Shown: one piece after another, positions 13,339 through 24,932 of the stretch
Layout: every line of letters starts with the position of its first letter
How positions within the stretch are numbered: position 1 is the first letter of the stretch
Source of the DNA: Eledone cirrhosa
Taxonomy: Eukaryota
Length of the DNA stretch: 64,000 nucleotides
Assembly (NCBI GenBank): GCA_964016885.1
Contig: OZ024742.1
Span: 359,724,001-359,788,000, forward strand
Direction: 5' to 3'
The notes under the pieces: generated by a model
The model's database searches: none
What the model was told of the DNA's origin: nothing
Seen by the model: the letters and a program-made list of their open reading frames with translations, nothing else
Translations under genes and position numbers: made by a program

Positions 13339-14450
13339 AAATTGTAGTTTACTTAAAGCATTGTGTAGTTAAGTATAAATATTTGGAGTTAGAATGCCAA
13401 AACAATGCAGGTATGGATATAGAATATAAATACAAAAGCAAAAGAGATCGCTGACAATTAGTCTTTTACCTGAAATTTATTTCAATATCCTTAATTTTCG
13501 AGATAATATCTCTTCTTCGGAGGGAAGTTAAGGGGTTAATCCAGTGTTCTAATTAGCTTGCCAAGTCATGCTGACAGGAAATAGTATAGAAATTCCATTC
13601 TATTTCTAATGTCAAAGAGTGAAGGTTAGATGGATAAAGAGTTGTCTGCCTTTAAAAAAGGGTTTGGACATGTATGTTTAAGTGTGTGTGGGAGAATACG
13701 TCAAGGTGTAAGCATGCGTGTGTGTGTGTGTGTGTATGTGCGTGTGTGTGAGAGGATATGTTTATAGGTAAATGTGGGGTCTAGATGCTCTATCATGTTA
13801 AAACTATTCTATGTGTATGTATGTATGTGTGTGAGAGAGAATAAGTGAAGGTGTAAGCGTGCGTGTGTGTTTGTGAGATGGTACGTGGAGGTGTAAGTGT
13901 GGGGCTAGGTGCTCTATCATGTTAAAAATTGGGTGTTGAGTTCTATTCTGTTATTGATTGGTGTTTGTGTTTTGTCTATAATCAGTGCTTCTTTAATTCT
14001 AAGATTGCCGAGGTTTCTTTCTTTAGCTTCTATCCTAACTATTATGTTTTTGTCGGTGATTTTGCATTTCAATCGGTGTTTCTTAAATGAGGAAGCGTTA
14101 GTGTTCAGGTGTTCTTTTATTCTAATGTGAAATGGTCTGGTGGTGCTACCCATGTAGAAATTGCTGAATTTGTCGCACTCTAATCTGTATACGACGTAAG
14201 CCTGGTGGCATAGGTCTGTGTCGTCGATGGGGCAGTTGGCTAGCCTGCACTGGCTGTCATGTCTGGTGGAGTATCTTTTGGTTAGCTGTCCGCTTAGAGA
14301 AGGTCCTGAGTGGGCTAGCTGGATATCTAATCCCTCTCGTCTGATAGCTCTGCGGATGGCTGTTGTTGTTTCGTCACTGAAGTGTGGGAGCTTCAGGAAG
14401 CAGGTGTTAGTGCCTCGGATGTGGTGTCCTCTGTTGTTTCTAAACGTGAA
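13337..14450 (-). mobile_element. 5'-truncated PLE (family A): GIY-YIG region, 3' UTR and pLTR
   Basis: Minus-strand LKLPHFSDE..CRLANCP..CHQAYVVYRLECD..FYMGSTTRPFHIRIKEH..IKEALII..INNRIE; ~90% similar by eye to 30750-31740. Confidence 0.9.
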
Positions 14451-15313
14451 TTAATTGAACAGAATACTAATATAAAGACCACTAACTATAGAAGATGCAG
14501 AGATAGAAAGTACTTATGGTTCAATTCAGTGTTTAACTCCTCTATAAAAACAAAACTACCTTATACTTTCTTCAAATTAGTTGATAAACACTTCCCTAAA
14601 ATTCATAAATATCATAAAATCTTTAATAGAAAAACTATCAAACTATCATACTCCACTGCCAACAACATAGAATCGCACATACATAAAATTAACTATAAAA
14701 GAATTTATAATACAAGTAACCCGCAAATAAGTACCATAACACCAAATACAAAACATAAACATATAACATCATCACAACCAAACACACGTCAGAACACATC
14801 ACCACAATACATCAACAAACCCAATTCTCGGCCCATACATAACAATTTACAAAACCATATAGAAGAACTGGCACAAAGGAAAGCATCTAAATGTAATTGT
14901 CATCTACCTGAAAAATGCCCATTACAAAATAGATGCCTAGAGTCTAATATAGTATACCTATGTACTATAAATTCAGGCAGCTTAGCATGGCACTACATAG
15001 GATTACAACTGGAGAATTTAAGAAAATGTGGTATGTCCACAGACACTCTATGAATAATAGGAAGCTCATAAATACAACTCTCGCCAATAAAATCTGGCAA
15101 CTCAGAGATGCAAACATGGAATATAAAATCAGCTGGACGAAGCTATCAACAGTAACGGCCTATCGAATTGGCATGTCCCACTGTGGTCTTTGTAATATGG
15201 AACTTTTCCAAATTTTAAATTACAACAAAATGCTACTTAACAGTAAAATTGAAAGAACTCTTTTCTGTAGGCATAAAACGGCGACCAAATTTGATAACTT
15301 TAGACCAGCTTAA
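14451..15313 (+). pseudogene. PLE thumb/linker/GIY-YIG C-terminus with a frameshift near 15002
   Basis: ORFs 14382-15053 and 14960-15313 join at YIG|ITTGEFKK..H; CGLC..E..LLNSK..CRHK. Confidence 0.85.
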
Positions 15314-16179
15314 TTCATCTTATCTATTCCATAACCTAAATTGTACCACTTAGATCTATTATAATATCACATCATCATCATTATTGTTATAATTGTCACC
15401 ATCTGTCAATGAACCAACATCAAAACCTCTTATATTTACATTCATATTTTATATCTCTATCTTTCTATCTCTATTTCTCTCCCTAAATATATTTCATCCC
15501 TAGTATTTTATCTTATCATATCATTTTCACTTCTAATATAACATACAACTAATTAATCAATTAATTAATTAATTATATAATTAATTTATTAAAATAACCA
15601 ATACACACATAAATATATTTAACATTATCATATTTATACCATCGCATCTCTCTATATTTTAACAACTTTCAATAATCTTAATATGTTTAAATTTCTTCGC
15701 ACATTTTTACTTATTTATTTTCATATTTCATATTTTTATCATTTTGTATCATACTCGATATAATTTGTTTATTTATTCATTTATTTATTTATTTATTTAC
15801 ATTTATTCATGTATTAACATTTATTCATATATTAACATTTATTCATTTATTGTTGATATCATTATTTTCCCTCTATTTCTCTTTTTTTTCTCTTACGTCA
15901 TTTCTACTCTATCCTTTTCTCTCCTCTTTCTCTCCTCCTTTCTCTACATCTTTTTTCTCTCTATATCTTTCTCTGTTTTCATTTCTTCTTTTTCTTTTTC
16001 TTTTTCTTTTTCTTTTTCCTTTTCTTTTTCTTTTTCTTTTACTTTTTCTTTTTCTTTTTCTTTTTCTTTTTTTTCTTTTTCCTTTTTCTTTCTTTTTCCT
16101 TTTTCTTTCTTTCTTTCTTTTATCTATCTCTATTTATTTCTTGTTTTCTCTCTCTATCTTTATTACTAATATTATTAAT

Positions 16180-16310
16180 GGCCCTTTATGCTCTGAGTTC
16201 AAATCCCGCCGAGGTTAACTTTGCCTTTCATCCTTACGGGGTCGATAAAATAAAGTACCAGTAATACACTGTGTAATTGCTGGCCTTGTGCCCAAAGTAG
16301 AAACAATTAT
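16180..16310 (+). mobile_element. tRNA-derived Deu/Nin-domain SINE (3' part)
   Basis: B box GAGTTCAAATCC followed by TTTGCCTTTCATCCTTACGGGGTCGATAAAATAAAGTACCAG. Confidence 0.85.
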
Positions 16311-16362
16311 TATTAATGCTGTAATTTGAATTTGTAGATTTGCCGGTTATATATTTTTTATA

Positions 16363-16474
16363 ACAGTTTCTGATGACATGATTGAGCTAACATCGTATTT
16401 AAAATTGAGTAGCACTGCTTCTAATGTTCAGCAATTTTTAGATAACTCAATCTAAGAAACAATTGTTAGACTGT
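16363..16474 (+). ncRNA. Type I HHR with long stem II and palindromic minimal stem III
   Basis: ACAGTTT CTGATGA ..ATTGAG..CTCAAT.. GAAA CaattG TT AGACTGT. Confidence 0.7.
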
Positions 16475-16694
16475 AAATAAATTCCCCTTTTTGTACTGTT
16501 GACCATGTTATTCTTCACTTTTTGCGTGTATTTATTATTGGCAACATGACCCTCCCAAAGCATAACAATATCGGTTTCAACACACGTTTTCAGATAAAGA
16601 ACCTTGCTAAACAAATTCAGAAACGAAATATATTATATATATATATAGAATGAAACAGTTCTAGTCCTGTAGAATCTCATCTATATTAAAACTA

Positions 16695-16738
<44 letters not shown>

Positions 16739-17207
16739 TAAACGGAATAGAAAATGCTGACAAATTGTTCACAGTTGAAAAATGGTTTAATTAGGAATAA
16801 AAGAGTATTAGTGATTGTATGGGTTAGTATTCAGTTGTGGTTTTAAGTTTTTAAGTTTTTACCGGTTGCGCATTTCTAAATGCTTTTCAAAAATAATTTT
16901 GAGATAGAGTGTCCGTGCTGTTTGCTCTGATCTGATTAGTTTTGGGAATTCTACCTGTTTTTATGTTAAAAAAGTGGCTCCAGCGTTATTTTTGCGTTGC
17001 AAAAATGCTTGTGGTCAAAACAATTTTGATTGGTCGGTAGAGGTCATGTGAATGTAAAAAGTTGATTTTGCGCCAAGACTGTTTTTATGTTAAAAAAGTG
17101 GCTCCAGCAAAAATTCTTGGTCAAAACAATTTTGATTGGTCGGTAGAGGTTATGTGGATAAAAAATTGGTTTTGCGCCAAGATTGAGAAATGACTCTTTC
17201 ACAACAA

Positions 17208-17334
<127 letters not shown>

Positions 17335-17460
17335 TGTGTGTAGTAGTAGTAGTAAGGTGTTCGATGCTGCGACAATGGCCAGCAGCGATGTGTGTCAAAT
17401 GGCTATTAAGATAAGTGTGTGTGTGTGGGGGGGGGTGTATAACAGAGTAATTCGATGGTC

Positions 17461-18027
17461 GAATCGCACAACAACTTCTCAAACCCCCAAACCTCAAAGA
17501 AACGAAGAAGGAAGCACCACACCGAAGATGAACTTCCCAACCTCGCTACCATAAGAAGGAACAAAAACCCAGGAAATCATCTCCCCCAGAATGACATTTA
17601 CAACTTTCCCCCTTCAAGGAGACACCATACCAAATCACTCAACTACTACGTGGATTCCTCATCGTCAAACATAGGGAAAAGATACCACCGCCATGATAGA
17701 TGCAACAACTTCCCCGCTTCAAGGGGACAGCAAGGTAATTACCATTTTCTCAACTCTCACTTCCACAATACACAACAAACCCACACCATACGATACAACC
17801 AACAACGTAGGCCACTTACAACACCACAATACAACATGGCACATAGAAACACACACCCATACTCGCAGTACAGGAACACCCCATTCAATCTACAACCACC
17901 AACCCGAACCACATTTTACAACAACAAGGAATATAATAAACACAGGAGACCACTTAACATCAGCAGACAACCTCTCTACCCCAACCATTTTTTAGACACA
18001 GCACACAGATACAGGCAAACAAAATAA
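17461..18027 (+). pseudogene. 3' part of upstream ORF1 (basic, N/R/H-rich), overlapping the RT frame
   Basis: Open 190-aa frame whose ATG (17455) lies in the inverted arm; ends ..NHFLD..; positionally equivalent to 62042-63256. Confidence 0.6.
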
Positions 18028-20312
18028 CACAAGACAGGGAGGAGAAACCGATAGTAATAAAAATTATCAATCTTACTAGTGCAGAACCAACACCCAACCT
18101 TATCAACTTACTCTCCAAAGGTCTTAAATTCACACCAACCCCACTACGTCCTAACTACTATGAAATGAAGGAAGACATCACAGACTTCTGTAGAAAGTTA
18201 CGACTTAGTGAACAACTATTCGACCAGTACAATGAGGATGAATCATTAGCCAGAAATAGAAGCAATTACACCCCTTCAAAAGGTAGAAATAAAATCCTGG
18301 ACGAATTCTGTGAACACATCACAAACTTCCCTTACCAACACTTGCACAGACAAAAACACAAGCCAAACCTCAACAAGAAAGAATGGGAAGAATTAAATAG
18401 ATTAAAAACCGACAGAACCATTACAATTAAAGAGGCTGATAAAGGGAGTACAGTAGTCCTAATGGAGACAGAATTCTATATCAACTTAGCGCTCTCCACT
18501 TTGGAAAACGAAACATACTACGAAAAGGCTGAACACTACAATCAACAGAAAATTATGAGAAACCTAAAAACTCTAATCAACCAATACAAAGAAGGACTCA
18601 CTAACAAGGAATTCAGCTTCATCACAGACTTCACAAGTAAATCCAGCCTTTTCTACGGTATCCCTAAAGTACATAAAAGCGAATCAATCAGTAAGGCATG
18701 CAAGGAAGCCACAGACATAGTCATCAATGTCCCCTCACCCAATGATCTCAAATTAAGACCTATAATAGCAGGCCCCGCTTGCGAAACGCACCGTCTTAGC
18801 AACTTCATTGATACCCTTCTCAAACCCTTCCCCAAGCACATCAAAAGCTATATAAGGGACGACCTAGATATGCTCAATCACCTCCCTAATATGCCACTTT
18901 ATGAACAAACCCTACTAGTGATGTTCGATGTAGTCAACCTATACTCCAACATCCCCCACAACCTAGGAATAGAAGCTATCCAATTCTGGCTGGATAATTT
19001 CCACAATGAACTCCCACAACGCATCAAAAAAGAATTCGTGATAGAGGGACTCAAATTTATCTTGGAGAACAATTACTTCGTTTTCAATAACAAACCCTAC
19101 AGGCAGAAATCTGGGACCGCTATGGGAACGAAAACAGCCCCTACTTATGCCAACCTAGTCATGGGATACCTGGAAATCACCCTCTACACTAAAGTCCTAA
19201 ACAAATTTGGAAACACCCTCCACTTACACATTGAAAGGAACTGGAAGCGATATCTAGATGACTGCTTCATCCTTTGGCACGAAAACATCGAAAAACTTAA
19301 AGAATTTCACACCCTTATAAATGGGCTCAACACAAATATTAACTTCACGATGGAATACAGCCATCAACAACTCCCCTTCCTCGACATCCTCATTAAGATC
19401 CATAACAAAAAAATAGAAACAGACATATACTACAAGCCCACAGACTCCAAGCAATATCTCCCCTTCAACTCTTGCCACCCTAGACACGTTAAAATTAATA
19501 TTCCCTACAACTTAGCCAAGAGAATCTGTACTATAGTCTCCAATAAAAACATCTGCTACTTACGGCTACAAGAACTAAAGGACACACTCATAGGCAGGGA
19601 CTACCCTGCATCACTAATTGACAATGGAATCCAACGTGCCCTAAAACTCAGTACCCAGGACCTTAGACACCCTAAAGTAAATCAACCAAAACTAAAAGCT
19701 CTTCCATACATCTCCACACACAACCCCCTCAACAATGAGGCCTTTGACACCATCCTCCAGAACATCCCTGTATTGAAAAAGGACCATAGAATGAACCAAA
19801 TTCTACGAACACACGATATCATAAAGAGCAAAAGACAATCCAAGTCAATGAAAAACATCTTAACACATGCCAAAGTACTGCCAACCACAACAACGAAACC
19901 CACAGTAAAAAAAGGCGATAGACCCAACTGTGGCATTTGCATCAACCTAATAGAGGGTTCGGAATTCTCTTTCAAAGATGGACAACGTTTTATAGTAAAA
20001 CACAATTTCACATGTGCATCGGAAAATCTAATATATGTATTAACTTGTTCAGGTTGTCGAGAACAATACATAGGCCAGACCAAAAAAAACCTCCGCCAAC
20101 GCATGACTGTCCATAGATCCCAAATTAAAATACGGGAATACAGGAAAATACCACTGAGTGAACACATTGATACCTGTGCCGCCCAAAATCATCCCAACTT
20201 CAGAATCTTTCCCCTCTACAAATTTAAAGATAATGCCACCCACACCCAGCGCATCAGCAAGGAATCTTACTTCATTAACAAATACGGACCCCGTCTAAAC
20301 ACTTCTCCCTAA
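17958..20312 (+). CDS. PLE reverse transcriptase + GIY-YIG endonuclease (Neptune-like)
   Basis: Frame open from 17958 (KIINL..LLSKGLKFTPTP precedes the first ATG at 18165); EADKG, FYGIPKVHK, RPII, DVVNLYSNIPH, GTAMG, WKRYLDD, FLD, C..C, NLIY..C..C..YIGQT. Confidence 0.95.
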   Translation, partial: HQQTTSLPQPFFRHSTQIQANKITQDREEKPIVIKIINLTSAEPTPNLINLLSKGLKFTPTPLRPNYYEMKEDITDFCRKLRLSEQLFDQYNEDESLARNRSNYTPSKGRNKILDEFCEHITNFPYQHLHRQKHKPNLNKKEWEELNRLKTDRTITIKEADKGSTVVLMETEFYINLALSTLENETYYEKAEHYNQQKIMRNLKTLINQYKEGLTNKEFSFITDFTSKSSLFYGIPKVHKSESISKACKEATDIVINVPSPNDLKLRPIIAGPACETHRLSNFIDTLLKPFPKHIKSYIRDDLDMLNHLPNMPLYEQTLLVMFDVVNLYSNIPHNLGIEAIQFWLDNFHNELPQRIKKEFVIEGLKFILENNYFVFNNKPYRQKSGTAMGTKTAPTYANLVMGYLEITLYTKVLNKFGNTLHLHIERNWKRYLDDCFILWHENIEKLKEFHTLINGLNTNINFTMEYSHQQLPFLDILIKIHNKKIETDIYYKPTDSKQYLPFNSCHPRHVKINIPYNLAKRICTIVSNKNICYLRLQELKDTLIGRDYPASLIDNGIQRALKLSTQDLRHPKVNQPKLKALPYISTHNPLNNEAFDTILQNIPVLKKDHRMNQILRTHDIIKSKRQSKSMKNILTHAKVLPTTTTKPTVKKGDRPNCGICINLIEGSEFSFKDGQRFIVKHNFTCASENLIYVLTCSGCREQYIGQTKKNLRQRMTVHRSQIKIREYRKIPLSEHIDTCAAQNHPNFRIFPLYKFKDNATHTQRISKESYFINKYGPRLNTSP

Positions 20313-20931
20313 GACGAACCCACAACATACACACGTCAACATACATACCTACATCAGCACACATCTCTACCCACATATAAACACAATGACACACGTAAAC
20401 ACACATGCTCTATGGTGCAATACAAAAAAATATATGTGCATATATATGTATGTATATATGTATATATATATATATATATGTAGTGAATATATGTATGTGT
20501 ATATATATATAGTGAATATCATTTCACACCTTTTATTGTTAAGATTTTTGATGTTCTATTAAGAGAACCGATTTTACTGAAAAAATCGAATAATGTACAC
20601 CATTTTACCAGGGGGAAAAAAATACTGGTCCACCCACACACACACACACACACACATATATACACAAACACATACACACGCGTACATCAACATACAAAGA
20701 GACTTATACACACACACACCCACACACACGCACTTCTCCGTATAAGACAAAAGCTGAAAAATATCTTTTGACATGCTAAAATACTTTCAGACACATTCTT
20801 ACTGACCATCGAATTACTCTGCTATACACACACACACACACACACACTTATCTTAATAGCCATTTGACACACATCGCTGCTGGCCATTGTCGCAGCATCG
20901 AACACCTTACTACTACTACTACACACACACA

Positions 20932-21020
<89 letters not shown>

Positions 21021-21340
21021 CCATATTTGTTGTGAAAGAATTATTTCTCAATCTTTGCGCAAAACCAATTTTTTATCCACATGACCTCTACCGACCAATC
21101 AAAATTGTTTTGACCAAGAATTTTTGCTGGAGCCACTTTTTTAACATAAAAACAGTCTTGGCGCAAAATCAACTTTTTACATTCACATGACCTCTACCGA
21201 CCAATCAAAATTGTTTTGACCACAAGCATTTTTGCAACACAAAAATGACGCTGGAGCCACTTTTTTAACATAAAAACAGGTAGAATTCCCAAAACTAATC
21301 AGATCAGAGCAAACAGCACGGACACTCTATCTCAAAATTA

Positions 21341-21377
21341 TTTTTGAAAAGCATTTAGAAATGCGCAACCGGTAAAA
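21341..21377 (+). ncRNA. Degenerate minimal HHR (UUGAAAA core, GCAA instead of GAAA); mirror copy at 16857-16893 (-)
   Basis: TTT TTGAAAA GCAT-ttagaa-ATGC GCAA CCGG TA AAA; same layout as the intact motif at 27725-27760. Confidence 0.5.
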
Positions 21378-21601
21378 ACTTAAAAACTTAAAACCACAAC
21401 TGAATACTAACCCATACAATCACTAATACTCTTTTATTCCTAATTAAACCATTTTTCAACTGTGAACAATTTGTCAGCATTTTCTATTCCGTTTACCAAT
21501 ATATAATAACTTGTGTGTTACACCTCTATTCTTTTAACTATATATATATATATATATATATATAGTTTTAATATAGATGAGATTCTACAGGACTAGAACT
21601 G

Positions 21602-21686
<85 letters not shown>

Positions 21687-21693
<7 letters not shown>

Positions 21694-21842
21694 TAACAGA
21701 TTAAAGTTAAAGCAAAGAATCGCTGCTTTCACCCTTAACGGGATCTTTAATAAATATTTGCTCTACGGTTCTTATATATGTGATATATATTTATCCTTAT
21801 CGAGCCCTCTTTGGATTTTAGTCTTCAAATTTATTACTATTA

Positions 21843-21848
<6 letters not shown>
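21687..21848. mobile_element. Rearranged solo pLTR fragment between (TA)n tracts
   Basis: 21687-21747 matches 29852-29912 directly; 21747-21845 is the reverse complement of 29761-29857. Confidence 0.75.
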
Positions 21849-21874
<26 letters not shown>

Positions 21875-21878
<4 letters not shown>

Positions 21879-21972
21879 GGTTTGTTGGTTCATCACTGGA
21901 TAGTGCTGGTCATTCCGTATGGTTAACCTCGATGTAGTATTAGGGAGAGCACTCGACGTACTGCAACTCATA
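21875..21972 (-). mobile_element. pLTR tail fragment of the 34770-35080 family
   Basis: Reverse-complement similarity to ~34985-35080 (GGTTTGTTGGTTCAnCACTGGATAG..GGTCATTCCGTAT). Confidence 0.7.
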
Positions 21973-22290
21973 TATATATGTATAATTGATGTGGGATACT
22001 TAAAGCGTCCGTATGCGGTAGGCCGTTTGAGCACTCGATGCTCTTACAGAGCAGAGTATAATATCGTAACGATTGGAATATGTCTAATACATTTTAATTC
22101 GTCGCACCACTGATTCTCCGTTTCTTACGTGATATATGTATTGTAATATGTAATATATAGATTGTAATAAATGAGGGTTTTTTAAATGAAAAAAAATGAG
22201 ATGTCCTACACGAGTGAAAGTATAAGGAATAAAAATCGAAAATGGAGTCGTTTTAAGAATATTTATTTATACATACAGACACAGACATAT

Positions 22291-22600
22291 ATGTCTAACG
22301 AGTATTTGACTGCGTTTGTAGCGTCACAGCATCTCGGTAATAGAGGCATAACATTATATAGCATGTAGCAATATTTCTAACACACACACACACATATATA
22401 TATATATAAAGTATGACCCCGACGGCAGAGCTCAAGCCGTTTCGACGGCTATTTCTGGACTCCAGAAATAGCCGTCGAAACGGCTTGAGCTCTGCCGTTG
22501 GGGTCATACTTTTTCCTATTTCCCACTCTACTACTCTAAGTATTGAGTACTCTGGTGCGTTATGGTCCATCTGGTTTCTTACCACAATTCCTTTGTTGTT

Positions 22601-22631
<31 letters not shown>

Positions 22632-22720
22632 TAGAAATATTGCTACATGCTATATAATGTTATGCCTCTATTACCGAGATGCTGTGACGCTACAAACGCA
22701 GTCAAATACTCGTTAGACAT
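22291..22720. repeat. Nested fold-back: pLTR family D palindrome (22409-22511) inside an inverted duplication of flanking DNA (22291-22408 / 22601-22720)
   Basis: Both arm pairs read as reverse complements; the inner sequence carries the 3' half of the HHR seen intact at 49947-50040. Confidence 0.88.
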
Positions 22721-22899
22721 AATTACTATTTGACAGAAGAAAAACAAAGCAATACACGTAAAGATGGTTTAGTAAAGAAAAATACAATTCTATTCTAGAG
22801 CCAACAAATGAAACCCAATACATATTTTAATAGACCAGAGCGGAAGAACATGTCATATCTTACAGTCTTGTTTAAGGATCCTCCACAATAACTAGCGGT

Positions 22900-23795
22900 A
22901 TATTAATTGTTTCTGACACAAGGCCAGCTCGTTATCCGACACTCTACCCAGTACTGACAATCGGTTGTAATAATAACTGTTTCTACTTTTGGCACAAGGC
23001 CATCAATAACCCAGTGCATTACTGGTACTTTATTTTATCGACTCCGTAAGGATGAAAGACAAAGTTAATTTGAACTTAGTACATAAAGTGAGATAACTCT
23101 AAGCTGGAAAGCATGTCGTCCGGCTCTCTAACGATACTGCCAACCCACCGTTGTAATAATAATTGTTTCTTCTATTGGCACAAAGCCAGCAATTATCCCA
23201 GTGTATTACTGGTACTTTATTTTATCGACTCCGTAAGGATGAAAGGCAAAGTTAACCTCGGCGGGATTTGAACTCAGATGATAAAGGGCCGTAACTCTAT
23301 GCTTCAAAGCATGGCGTCCGACCTTCTACCGATACTGCCAATCCACCGTTGTAATAATAATGATGTCTGATCTAGACAAAAGGCCAGCACGCTGTCCGAC
23401 ACTCTACCGAGTACTGCCAATCAATTGACCTAATGATGATGTCTGATTTAGACACAAGGCAAACAATTTTGGGAGAGGGAAAAGTGGATTAAATTGACCC
23501 GCGTGCGTGACTGGTACTTTATTTTATCAACCCCGTAAGGATAAATGGTAAAAGTAACCTCGGCGGGATTTGAACTCGGAACGTATTGTGCCGTAACTAT
23601 GTGCTACAAAGCATGCTGTCTGACGCTCTACTGATTCTGCTAATCCGTTGCGTTAATAATAGTTTCTGATTTAGGCACAAGGTCAACAATTTTAGGGGGA
23701 GGGGAAAGTCGGTTATATCGACCTCGTAAGGATGAAAGGCAAAGCTAACCCCGGTGTGATTTGAACTCAGAACGTAAGGAGCTGCAACTCTATAC
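22900..23795 (-). mobile_element. Tandem cluster of ~5 Deu/Nin-domain SINE copies/fragments
   Basis: Repeated CTGGTACTTTATTTTATCGAC..AAGGATGAAAGGCAAAG..GGATTTGAACTC separated by short AAT tails. Confidence 0.85.
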
Positions 23796-24197
23796 CTATT
23801 ATATAAGCAATATTAAATATTTCACACTTATCTTTACAGAGAAGTATATACTGATGTCCATAAACACAGATTTGTAAGATATTTAACTTTGCAGAGAAGA
23901 TAAGACCAAAACATCGCTCACCATTCCCATATATCTATATTTTATTTATTACTTCATCTGTTTTAATATAAACCTCACATAAACTTTCACTAAATCTTAT
24001 GACTAATAAGATTTAGTGAAAGTGTATATAAAAATGTTATAATTGCGAGATAACGTTTATTCATTTCATTTTTTATTCTCTTTACTCTGGCTTCTGATAT
24101 TTCATAGACTTTTAAACGAGAAAGAATAGAAATTTAACAAAATTCTTTCAATTTGTATTTTAAAATATAAACTTCGGAATTAAGATTTACTACATAT

Positions 24198-24388
24198 AAT
24201 TGTTTCTACTTTTGGCACAAGGCCAACAATTATCCCAATGTATTACTGGTACTTTATTTTATCGGCCCCGTACGGATGAAAGGCACAGTTAACATCGGTG
24301 GGATTTGAACTCAGACCATAAAGGGCCATATCTCTTTGCTGCAAAGCATGGTGTCCGACTCTCTACCGATACTGCCAATCCACCGCCC
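24198..24388 (-). mobile_element. Full-length Deu/Nin-domain SINE
   Basis: Tail, Deu-like core, B box and head GGCGGTGGATTGGCAGTATCGG on the minus strand. Confidence 0.85.
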
Positions 24389-24749
24389 TGGTGTCCGACC
24401 CTCTACCGATACTGCCAATCCACCGCCCTGGTGTCCGACCCTCTACCGATACTGCCAATCCACCGCCCTGGTGTCCGACCCTCTATCGATACTGCCAATC
24501 CACCGCCCTGATGTCCGACCCTCTATCGATACTGCCAATCCACCGCCCTGGTGTCCGACCCTCTACCGACACTGACAATCCACCGCCCTGGTGTCCGACC
24601 CTCTACCGACACTGCCAATCCCCCGCCCTGGTGTACGACCCTCTACCGACACTGCCAATCCACCGCCCTGGTGTCCGACCCTCTACCGATACTGCCAATT
24701 CACCGCCCTGGTGTCCGACCCTCTACCGACACTGCCAATCCCCCGCCCT
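24349..24749. repeat. 40-bp tandem repeat x10 derived from the SINE head
   Basis: (GGTGTCCGACCCTCTACCGATACTGCCAATCCACCGCCCT)n contiguous with the SINE 5' end. Confidence 0.95.
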
Positions 24750-24932
24750 TTACTACATATGATGTAATTCTTTTATAATTTACAATTTAGAAAGATTAAA
24801 TAATAAATAGCTACATGAATGAATGACTATAAAATAATTAGAAAAACACTACAAATATTTAAAAACGGAAAAGGAAAGGAAAAGCAAGGGATTTAGGGTG
24901 ACAAAAGAAAGGGGGGGGTAGGATGATGGGCT

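Larger units (their letters stand above)
14451..16632 (+). mobile_element. 5'-truncated PLE (family B, WFN-type) with long AT/CT-rich 3' UTR
   Basis: RKYLWFNS..FFKLVDKHFP..KIFNRKTIKLSYS; CNC..CPL..CLESNIVY..HYIG; HHR near the 3' end; ends in (TA)n. Confidence 0.88.

Noticed and set aside
22409-22511. All palindromes being amplification or long-read fold-back artefacts
   Set aside because: Arms usually differ by substitutions or indels and are tied to PLE ends and (TA)n; a read-level check is still advisable
24349-24749. CRISPR-like array
   Set aside because: Contiguous tandem units with no unique spacers, SINE-derived, eukaryotic context, no cas genes
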